Virus record (IMG/VR): IMGVR_UViG_3300033070_001565
Direction: 5' to 3' (one strand)
DNA length: 23,836 nt
DNA from: a virus
Lineage: Duplodnaviria > Heunggongvirae > Uroviricota > Caudoviricetes
Part shown: positions 9,845 to 17,119 of the stretch, one piece after another
How the letters are laid out: each line of letters starts with the position of its first letter
Position numbering within the stretch: position 1 is the stretch's first letter
Notes under the pieces: generated by a model
Databases searched by the model: none
Told to the model about the DNA's origin: nothing
The model's input: the letters and a program-made list of their open reading frames with translations, nothing else
Translations under genes and position numbers: made by a program

Positions 9845-10948
9845 GTGAATCAATTCTTCATTGACTCAGATCTAACAAGCAAGATATCAAATATCAAAAT
9901 TCAAATTGATACTGAGCATGGGAAATTTAAGAGAGTACAAAATCCATCTGGTTATGCATACACACGTACGGATGCTCATGTACGTGCAAGCTTGCAAGCC
10001 CTGGCATGGTCTCATGGGGTACATGTCGATGTGACGTCACCTGTACCTGAGACTGTACTTGCCGGTCTTGGAGTATTTGATGTTTGTCCTGCACACGTGA
10101 TCAAACCATGGCTAGATTCAGTTCTGAAGCAAGTGAGAGAATATTCTGAGCTATCAAATGAGTATTGCGAAAATGTGTGGAAGCGACACATGCATTTTGC
10201 AAGCAAATTTGCTCAGCTACCCGGTCGACCATCTCCGGTTTACGATTTTATCTCATCAAAGACCGGTCGACCATCTGTGATATCCGGGCACAATTACACG
10301 AATGAGACGTGGTCATCTCGAGTACATGCAATTTCGAACAATGGATGCCTGTATTACGTCGATATGAGCGAGTTCGAGGCAAGAGTACTCGGCGCAAGAG
10401 TTGGAATCGATTTTGGGGGATCTGATGCGTATATGACTCTAGCTGAGATGGTTGGTATACCTGGACAGAGAGATGATGCCAAGCTGACAGTCCTGGCATC
10501 AGTTTTCGGAGCGGGAAAGAATTTCACTGAGTCGAAGAACCTGTCACTCAGTACTCTCGGTAGCGTAAGGAGCATCTTCAAAATCGATGAGCTAGCTCAC
10601 TCGTCCGGACCAATCGTGACTCCACACGGCAGAAAAATTGCAAAACCAGAAGCACGGCTCGTACCATCTTGGTACACTCAAGCAACGGCAGTAGACATTG
10701 CGTGGCAGAGATTTGAAAACACAGCAGAATTGTTTCCATCAAAATTCGATACGATCGCAATCGTGCATGATGCATGCATTATCGATGCTCCTGTCGGAGC
10801 AGAAAAGAGACTCACGAAGTATTTTGCTCAGACTCTCATCGATCCTGTTACTGGCGTTAGTTTCCCAGTCAAAATTAAAAAGTTGAGTGATGTAAAGAAT
10901 GTCAAGCGAGAAGTACAATCTGAACAAGATGGTACAATCTCTCAGTGA
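9845..10948 (+). CDS. polA: Compact family A DNA polymerase-like protein (no recognisable exonuclease domains)
   Basis: TGRPS, motif A YVDMSEFEARVL, motif B RDDAKLTVLASVFG, GRKI, TQATAVDI and motif C IVHDA in the correct order. GTG start, 367 aa. Confidence 0.75.
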   Translation: MNQFFIDSDLTSKISNIKIQIDTEHGKFKRVQNPSGYAYTRTDAHVRASLQALAWSHGVHVDVTSPVPETVLAGLGVFDVCPAHVIKPWLDSVLKQVREYSELSNEYCENVWKRHMHFASKFAQLPGRPSPVYDFISSKTGRPSVISGHNYTNETWSSRVHAISNNGCLYYVDMSEFEARVLGARVGIDFGGSDAYMTLAEMVGIPGQRDDAKLTVLASVFGAGKNFTESKNLSLSTLGSVRSIFKIDELAHSSGPIVTPHGRKIAKPEARLVPSWYTQATAVDIAWQRFENTAELFPSKFDTIAIVHDACIIDAPVGAEKRLTKYFAQTLIDPVTGVSFPVKIKKLSDVKNVKREVQSEQDGTISQ

Positions 10949-11585
10949 GAGTCAAATACTCAGCAATTATGCTGCATACAGCAAGCTGCTGATCGCAACT
11001 GCTCTTCCGAATCAAAAAGCTGGTGTCGAGTCTCTTCTCTCTCATCTTGAAAATCGATTGGCACTGTGTCCTGGATCGTCGAAGATTGCATATCATAATG
11101 CATTTCCCGGGGGTCTTGTCGATCACTCTCTACGAGTTGCGAAGCTTGCAAAGCAATTTGTTACTGGTATGCAGATGACTGGAATTCCTATCGCTCGTCT
11201 CATCTTTGCGTGTCTCTTGCACGATCTTGGGAAGGTCGGCGATGAACGAGATGAGTACTACATTCCTCAGACAAATGACTGGCTCCGCGGAAAGGGAGAA
11301 CCCTATCAGATTAATCCTGCAATTCGGTACATGGCAACACAGCAAAGAAGCGTGTACCTTTGTCAGTATTACGGTATTCAGCTCTCTCATGAGCAGTATC
11401 TTGCGATTCTCCTGAACGATGGTCAGTATTCGAAGGATAATGCTGCGTACGCAATGAAAGAGCCTGAACTTGCAACCGTGCTCCACACTGTGGATCTTCT
11501 TGCAACGAAGATTGAAAAGGGAGAATTTATGAAGTCACAAGATTCTGAATTTGACTCGACAGAGTTAGATATTATATGCAAGTGA
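10899..11585 (+). CDS. HD-domain phosphohydrolase (YhaM-type HD, no OB fold)
   Basis: HNAFPGGLVDHSLRV...LLHDLGKVG...LHTVD. Alternative start at ATG 10929. Confidence 0.85.
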   Translation: MSSEKYNLNKMVQSLSESQILSNYAAYSKLLIATALPNQKAGVESLLSHLENRLALCPGSSKIAYHNAFPGGLVDHSLRVAKLAKQFVTGMQMTGIPIARLIFACLLHDLGKVGDERDEYYIPQTNDWLRGKGEPYQINPAIRYMATQQRSVYLCQYYGIQLSHEQYLAILLNDGQYSKDNAAYAMKEPELATVLHTVDLLATKIEKGEFMKSQDSEFDSTELDIICK

Positions 11586-11749
11586 AGCTTGAGGACCTCA
11601 TCAGAGAGATCATTATACAAGAGTTTGTAGCTCTTGCAGGTGGTGCGGTATCAGGTTTCATTGCTCCAGTAGAACAAACACAAAGCAAAAAATCGTCAGT
11701 AAAACCAAAAAAGAAAAAAGAAGATAAAAGCAATGGCAATCGACATTAA
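11576..11749 (+). CDS. Small 57-aa protein absent from the ORF track (MQVKLEDLIREIIIQEFVALAGGAVSGFIAP...KPKKKKEDKSNGNRH)
   Basis: Manual translation from ATG 11576 to TAA 11749. Fills the HD-SSB gap exactly and overlaps both neighbours. N-terminal LIRE/IQE motifs resemble those of the minus-strand gene at 20900-21331. Confidence 0.65.
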   Translation: MQVKLEDLIREIIIQEFVALAGGAVSGFIAPVEQTQSKKSSVKPKKKKEDKSNGNRH

Positions 11750-12569
11750 CGCTCTCCGCGCTCGTCTGGCTGGTATCGAAAACGCTAACAAGAGGAAGTC
11801 GAACATCAAGTTCTTCCGTCCTGAGGTTGGTGAGTACACTCTCCGTGTTATTCCCTGGCTCGATACTCCCGATAACGATCCTTTCAAGAATCTCAAGCTT
11901 CACTACCTCGTGAAGCCACGCCTTGTCTCGCCGGCGTCTTTTGGTAAGACGGATCTCATCATCGAGCTAGCCAAGGAAATCAAAGCAGATCGTTCTGACC
12001 CCGATGGCTGGAAGAAAGCCCGTAAGCTCGAGCCGGCTGATACTTGGTATGCTGCTGTTCTCGATCGTGCAAAGGAGGCCGATGGTCTACATCTCTGGTC
12101 CTTTAACATCTACATCTGGAAACGTCTCGTGTCGTTCTTCCTCGAAGAGGACACACAGGAGTGGCTTGATCCCAAGAATGGCTTCGATCTGAAGCTGAAG
12201 GTCGCTCCTGGCAAGAAGATGTACAACGGTAAGCCTGTGAACGAGACAACGATCGATCTCGCCAGGAAGCCCTCTCCCGCCCTGAAGGATCCTGCCGCGC
12301 TGAAGAAACTTGTTGAGTCAATGACTCAGTTCACGGCTGACTTCTCTGCAGACAATCAGCCTGCAACAGACGCAGAGCTGCAGCATGCTCTCGATACGTT
12401 TTTGAGTGAGCAAGATGCAGCTGCTGGTCTGCCTGCGAAGGACAAGACTGATGAGGGTACGAGCTCCCGGGGTCCTGCAAAAGCTGCTCCTTCGGGTGGT
12501 TCGAATACGTCTTCTGCAGTTGATGCACTAGACAGCGCCGTCGATGATCTCTTGAACTTATTGGCTTGA
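11733..12569 (+). CDS. ssb: Single-stranded DNA-binding protein, T4 gp32-like
   Basis: FFRPEVGEYTLRVIPW, LHY...SPASFGKTD, YAAVLDR, W.DPKNGFDLKLK and an acidic C-terminal tail (DALDSAVDDLLNLLA). Directly upstream of recA. Confidence 0.85.
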   Translation: MAIDINALRARLAGIENANKRKSNIKFFRPEVGEYTLRVIPWLDTPDNDPFKNLKLHYLVKPRLVSPASFGKTDLIIELAKEIKADRSDPDGWKKARKLEPADTWYAAVLDRAKEADGLHLWSFNIYIWKRLVSFFLEEDTQEWLDPKNGFDLKLKVAPGKKMYNGKPVNETTIDLARKPSPALKDPAALKKLVESMTQFTADFSADNQPATDAELQHALDTFLSEQDAAAGLPAKDKTDEGTSSRGPAKAAPSGGSNTSSAVDALDSAVDDLLNLLA

Positions 12570-12587
12570 CCAGCAGATAATGCTGGT
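12569..12587 (+). promoter_or_regulatory. 7-bp hairpin occupying the whole ssb-recA intergenic space
   Basis: ACCAGCA-GATAA-TGCTGGT ends immediately before the recA ATG at 12588. Confidence 0.4.
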
Positions 12588-13799
12588 ATGGCAGCCAAGA
12601 AAAAAGAATTCATCCCGGTTCTTAACGAAGCGGTCGACGGTATTGATGCCGCGTCGACCGCTGAGTTCGTTAAGCAGATTAACCGTGAGATGGGAGACCG
12701 TGTAGCATTCAATCTCGCGGAGGGAGAGGCACCAACAATCATCAAGCGTTGGATTCCGACCGGTTCCACTCTCATTGATTACATGATCGCGAATCGTAAA
12801 GGCGGAGGTCTACCAGAGGGAAGAATCATCGAACTCTCGGGCATGCCCTCAACTGGCAAGTCTCACATTGCGTACGAGATTGCAAAGAACGTGCAGAAAA
12901 TGGGCGGTCTCGTCGTGTACATCGACACTGAGAATGCGACTCAGATCGATAAACTCCATGAGATGGGTCTCGATGTCAGGAACCGTTTTATCTACTGCGA
13001 TACGCACTGCACGGAGGAGGTCTTCGAACTCATTGAGAAGACGATCACGAAAGCAAAGCAAGTCATTGGGAAGAAGAACGTTCCATTTCTTGTCATTTGG
13101 GACTCTGTCGCTTCGACATCACCAAAAGCAGAACTAGAGGGAAATTACGATAAGGACACAATCGGTCTCCAGGCGAGGGTTATCAGTAAATGCATGAGGA
13201 AAATTACGGGAGTACTCGGTGAGAATAATGTAACCCTTCTGTGTCTCAACCAACTCAGGACGAAGATTGGTGAGATGTTCGGAGATCCCATGTCATCTCC
13301 TGGAGGAAACGCTATTCCATTCCACTCAAGTGTGAGATTGAGACTTTCTTCTGGTCAGCCAGTCAAGAACAAGAAGGGCGAAATCATCGGGATCAAGGTG
13401 ATTGTCACTCTCAAGAAGAACAAGGTTGCATATCCTCACCGCAAGTGCGAATTCGAGATTCATTTCGGACGCGGAATCTATGAATCAGAAGCACTATTCG
13501 ATGTGCTCAGAGAGTGGTGCATTGAGCACACAGGAGCAAAGATCGGAGATGCGTACGTTTCGGTCAGCGGTGATGGTGCATGGAAAGAGCTCATTGTCGC
13601 AACAAAAGATGGAGAAGTACTTGTTGAAAAGAAGTTCTATAAACACGAGTTCAGCGAGGTAATGTCTGATCCGAAATACCTCCCCTACGTATCAGTACTC
13701 ATTGATGCTGCGCTTGTAATAAAGCCAGACCTAGGTACACAAACAAATAATGGAAGCCCATCAGAAGGTGAATCAGACACCACAGCAGCCCCAAACTAA
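12588..13799 (+). CDS. recA: RecA/UvsX-like recombinase
   Basis: IPTGS..ID, GGLPEGRIIELSGMPSTGKS (Walker A), YIDTENA, LVIWDSVA (Walker B), LQARVISKCMRK, LNQLRTKIG.MFGDP..SPGGNAIPFHSSVRLRL, KNKVAYP. Confidence 0.97.
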   Translation: MAAKKKEFIPVLNEAVDGIDAASTAEFVKQINREMGDRVAFNLAEGEAPTIIKRWIPTGSTLIDYMIANRKGGGLPEGRIIELSGMPSTGKSHIAYEIAKNVQKMGGLVVYIDTENATQIDKLHEMGLDVRNRFIYCDTHCTEEVFELIEKTITKAKQVIGKKNVPFLVIWDSVASTSPKAELEGNYDKDTIGLQARVISKCMRKITGVLGENNVTLLCLNQLRTKIGEMFGDPMSSPGGNAIPFHSSVRLRLSSGQPVKNKKGEIIGIKVIVTLKKNKVAYPHRKCEFEIHFGRGIYESEALFDVLREWCIEHTGAKIGDAYVSVSGDGAWKELIVATKDGEVLVEKKFYKHEFSEVMSDPKYLPYVSVLIDAALVIKPDLGTQTNNGSPSEGESDTTAAPN

Positions 13800-14211
13800 C
13801 GTCAGGATTCAGCTCATAGACAGTGGCTGTGCTCTCGAAAAGGGAACACAGCAATCTAGCGGTTGGGATCTCAAATCTCGTGTTGACATTACGATTCCGA
13901 ACGGTTCAACTTGTAGAATTCCTGTTGGAATCTCTCTTGGACTCCCAAATTTTTGGGAGGCCCAAATCAGATCTCGCTCATCCTCGCGATCGAAAAGAAT
14001 GATTGTTGAGTGGGGAACGATCGATGCAGATTATAGGGGAGAGGTAGAAGTACAGGTAACCGCAGACAAGGGTCCCGTGAAGATAGAAAAATATCAGAGG
14101 ATCGCACAGCTTGTTTTTGTACCCGTTCCACCTGTAAATTTGCAGTATACAACTGACGTGATTGGTGAAGTTACAGAAAGAATTGGCGGTTTCGGTTCAA
14201 CTGGCTCGTAA
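13750..14211 (+). CDS. dut: Trimeric dUTPase
   Basis: All five motifs present: SSGWDL, IRSRSS, GTIDADYRGEV, RIAQLV, RIGGFGSTG. Confidence 0.93.
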   Translation: MEAHQKVNQTPQQPQTNVRIQLIDSGCALEKGTQQSSGWDLKSRVDITIPNGSTCRIPVGISLGLPNFWEAQIRSRSSSRSKRMIVEWGTIDADYRGEVEVQVTADKGPVKIEKYQRIAQLVFVPVPPVNLQYTTDVIGEVTERIGGFGSTGS

Positions 14212-14241
14212 GCCACTAATTTTATTCCACATTGCAGTTTG

Positions 14242-14279
14242 ATCCCCATGCAGTGACTCTCGATAGTTGTGCATGGGAT
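14242..14279 (+). other. Extended intergenic stem-loop (15 pairs, 2 bulges, 6-nt loop) without U-tract
   Basis: ATCCC(C)ATGCA(G)TGACT-CTCGAT-AGTTGTGCATGGGAT in the 103-nt dut/exonuclease gap. Confidence 0.45.
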
Positions 14280-14289
14280 GGTAAAGATG

Positions 14290-14309
14290 AAGTGCACTTG
14301 TTATAAAAT
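14290..14309 (+). promoter_or_regulatory. Putative extended -10 promoter with overlapping 10-bp palindrome
   Basis: AAGTGCACTT palindrome (14290-14299) runs into TG-T-TATAAAAT (14299-14309), 5 nt before the ATG at 14315. No Shine-Dalgarno sequence. Confidence 0.4.
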
Positions 14310-14314
14310 TAACC

Positions 14315-15268
14315 ATGTCAGAACCCTCTCCTAGGCCGATTCTTCTCGTTGACGGTCTCAATCTGTTCATAAGATGCTGGTGCGCGTATCCTGCTGTCTC
14401 AACTCATGGTGGGCAGCTGGGAGGCGTTGTCGGGTTTCTGAAAACTCTCAACAGGCTCGTGTCTGATAATTCTCCACAGAGAGTCATCATCGCATGGGAG
14501 GCTGGCGGATCTCTGCGTCGCAGAGGAATAGACCCCAATTACAAGAACCAGCGCCGACCTGAGAAGCTCAACAGATTTTATGGAGATGATATCCCTGAGA
14601 CACACGAGAATTGGCAGCACCAGCTCACAAGTCTTGTGAAGATATCAGAGTGTCTCCCGGTCACTCAGGTTTATGTCGAGGACTGTGAGGGAGATGACGT
14701 AATATCGTACTGTGCAACATCGATCAGAGGAGTCAACAAGATCATTGTCTCATCAGACAAAGATTTTTATCAGCTCCTTGACTCAGAAACAAAACAGTAC
14801 TCTCCTCACAAAAAGTGTTTCATAACTCAGGATGACGTTCTGAGAGACTTTTCGATTCATCCTTGCAACTTTGCAATCGCGAAGGCAATCTGCGGAGATC
14901 CTGGAGATAACGTTTCAGGAGTCCCACGAGTGGGATTCAAGAGTCTCGCAAAACATTTTGACATTCTTAAATCGAGCACGCCACTCATTCTTCCCGACGT
15001 TGAAACTTGGGCTGCTGCTCATAGAGATGAGTCTGCAATCATCAAGAGAGTGTGGGAAAACTGGGATATTGTCCAGAAGAATTGGAAACTTGTCTTTCTT
15101 GGAATTGGCGCTCTATCTCCACAGCAGATAAAGAGGATTGATCAATGTTTGGGAGTGGTACCACAACCAAGTCTGGTCAAGTACTTCGGACTGCTAAAAG
15201 AGATCGGAACATCTGACATTGGAGTACATTCCACGTTCCAAACGCTGAAGCAAATAGGTGATAATTGA
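14315..15268 (+). CDS. 5'-3' exonuclease / flap endonuclease (T4 RNase H / PolI N-terminal family)
   Basis: LLVDGLNLF, IIAWE..GS.RR....YK.QR, EGDDVI, SSDKDFYQLL, GDPGDNVSGVPRVGFKS (helix-3-turn-helix). Confidence 0.92.
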   Translation: MSEPSPRPILLVDGLNLFIRCWCAYPAVSTHGGQLGGVVGFLKTLNRLVSDNSPQRVIIAWEAGGSLRRRGIDPNYKNQRRPEKLNRFYGDDIPETHENWQHQLTSLVKISECLPVTQVYVEDCEGDDVISYCATSIRGVNKIIVSSDKDFYQLLDSETKQYSPHKKCFITQDDVLRDFSIHPCNFAIAKAICGDPGDNVSGVPRVGFKSLAKHFDILKSSTPLILPDVETWAAAHRDESAIIKRVWENWDIVQKNWKLVFLGIGALSPQQIKRIDQCLGVVPQPSLVKYFGLLKEIGTSDIGVHSTFQTLKQIGDN

Positions 15269-16029
15269 CTGAGAATTTTGGTAAGTACGGTATCGATTTC
15301 CAAGAAAAGATTATGCAAGCTCTGCTCGTTGATCGAGCATGGGCTCAGCAGATGATGGAGGTGTTCAAACCAGATTTCTTTGAGAGAAAGCATCTCGTTT
15401 ACCTTTCGAACAGATACTTCGAGTACTGGAAGCAATACAAAGTCTTTCCGACATTTGAACTTCTCGTTGTCATCATCAAAGATGAGCTGAAGTCTGGTAT
15501 TGACGCTGAATTGAGAATTCAGATTGTCGATTATCTCAAGCGCATTAAAGATAATCCCAACTCTGAAGATCTTTCCTACGTGAAGGATAAGTCTCTCGAT
15601 TTCTGTAAGCGTCAGGGATTGAAGACTGCAATGCTCGAGGCAATCGAGCTGATCGAAGATCAGCGTTACGAGCCCGTTGTCGATATCATCAAGAAGGCTG
15701 TCTCTGCGGGTACATGCGAGTCTCTGGGACACGATTTCTTCGAAGACAGAGATGCTCGCTACGTTGAAGATTACCGTGAGTGCGTTCCAACCGGCATTCC
15801 GGAACTCGATTCAAAGGGTGTTTTCAATGGTGGATTGGGCAAGGGTGAACTCGGAATTGTCATTGGTGGCACCGGCGCAGGAAAATGCACTCAGAAGAAC
15901 GCCACTGTAAACATCAGGTATACAGCGATTGATATCGATGGTACGATTTACAATCCATGGGATATCGTATCAACGAGAAGAGGAAAGATTCTTGCAAAAG
16001 ATGTCACGTCAAGAGACGAACTCATCTGA
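15265..16029 (+). CDS. dnaB: DnaB/gp41-like replicative helicase, N-terminal part (207-aa N-extein) fused to a 47-aa N-intein
   Basis: TTG start coupled to the upstream stop (TTGA). DnaB N-domain, then VPTGIPELD...GGLGKGELGIVIGGTGAGK followed by C at codon 208 (15886) where Walker A needs S/T. Stop at 16029. Confidence 0.9.
   Translation: MTENFGKYGIDFQEKIMQALLVDRAWAQQMMEVFKPDFFERKHLVYLSNRYFEYWKQYKVFPTFELLVVIIKDELKSGIDAELRIQIVDYLKRIKDNPNSEDLSYVKDKSLDFCKRQGLKTAMLEAIELIEDQRYEPVVDIIKKAVSAGTCESLGHDFFEDRDARYVEDYRECVPTGIPELDSKGVFNGGLGKGELGIVIGGTGAGKCTQKNATVNIRYTAIDIDGTIYNPWDIVSTRRGKILAKDVTSRDELI
15886..16026 (+). mobile_element. Split intein N-fragment (IntN, 47 aa)
   Basis: CTQKNATVNIRY is block A with Cys1, inserted at the Walker A GK|S site. 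No block B before the stop codon. Confidence 0.8.
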
Positions 16030-17119
16030 ACAGATTCCGGAGTGTCAGATCTGCGGAATGACTTCACGCAATCTGATTACTCACATTACACGTACTCACA
16101 AGATCTCATGCAGTGAGTACGCTTCACAATATCCAGGTTCAAAAATTTTTCTTGTTAGGAAAAAAGAAAAGAAGCTTTCGCAGAGGCAGCAGCATGTAAT
16201 TGAACTCAAATCGCTTGGTACGAGTCCGCTTACGTGCAGACTGTGTGGATTCGAGTCTTACATGTCACTCACCTCGCACATTACGAAAATTCATAAATTT
16301 TCGATGGCTGAGTACAGAAAAAAGTTTCCAGAAGATGTTATTCAACGAGGCTGTCCGACAACAAATGAAAAGAACAGAATCGCACAAAAAGAACGTTTGA
16401 AAAATCCTGATTTGCGTGAAAAATGGGACAAGCAAAGATTTCTTCCTCCTACCATGAAGGAATTTTGGATAAAAAAGGGTCTGTCTGAGACAGACGCGGA
16501 AATAAAAGCGCGTGAAATGCGCGATAGAATATCAAAAATTCCTGTTAGCGCTTCAACACGATCAAAACTGTCAGAAAAATCGCGTGGAATTAAAAATCCA
16601 ATGTCGATTGAATCCATTGCGGCTCGTCATCATGTTACGCCCGATGAAGCGAGCGCATTCACTCCGTGTTATCGTCGCAGTGGAAGTTTGCATCCCATGT
16701 ACGGAAAACATCATACTGAAGAAAGTCTACAGAAAATTGCAAACGCAGATCATCTAAAACGTCCAAAATGGTCGTCGAAGGGTGAAAAAGAACTAGCGAA
16801 TTTTTGCAATTCTCTAGGCGTTACGTATGAAAACGTAAAAATTGGAAGATATAACGTAGATGTTCTATTCGCTGAAAAGAAATTGATCGTTGAGTACTTT
16901 GGAGATCTATGGCATATGTCTCCTAGGCGGTTCGAAAAAGATCAGTACCATTACTTGACACGAAAAACTGCATGTCAAGTATGGGAAAGAGATCACAAAA
17001 AGATGGAGAATTTTGTATCAATAGGATACAAAATTCTCGTAATCTGGGAATCAGATTGGAAAAATGATAGAGTTTCTTGCGAAGAAAAGATTACCGATGC
17101 CTACAATCAAGCACGTTGA
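16001..17119 (+). mobile_element. Free-standing homing endonuclease: two C2H2-like Zn fingers, NUMOD3, Vsr/DUF559-like (EDxHD-type) nuclease
   Basis: CQICG...HITRTH and CRLCG...HITKIH, each followed by EY...(Y/F)P; EFWIKKGLSETDA; HPMYGKHHTEESLQKI (NUMOD3); SKGEKEL...VDVL...IVEYFGDLWH...RDHKK...GYKILVIWESDW. Frame is open from TTG 15929; ATG 16001 is the likelier start. Visibly more AT-rich than flanking genes. Confidence 0.85.

Noticed and set aside
10221-10276. 14-bp direct repeat CCGGTCGACCATCT (10221 and 10263) in polA
   Set aside because: Only two copies, in frame (PGRPS/TGRPS); best explained as a local duplication or chance, not an att site or array.
15922-17100. Group I intron interrupting the helicase/intein
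   Set aside because: The interval is entirely filled by overlapping ORFs, with no room for a ribozyme core and no recognisable P7/R/S elements; both downstream ORFs have their own ATGs.
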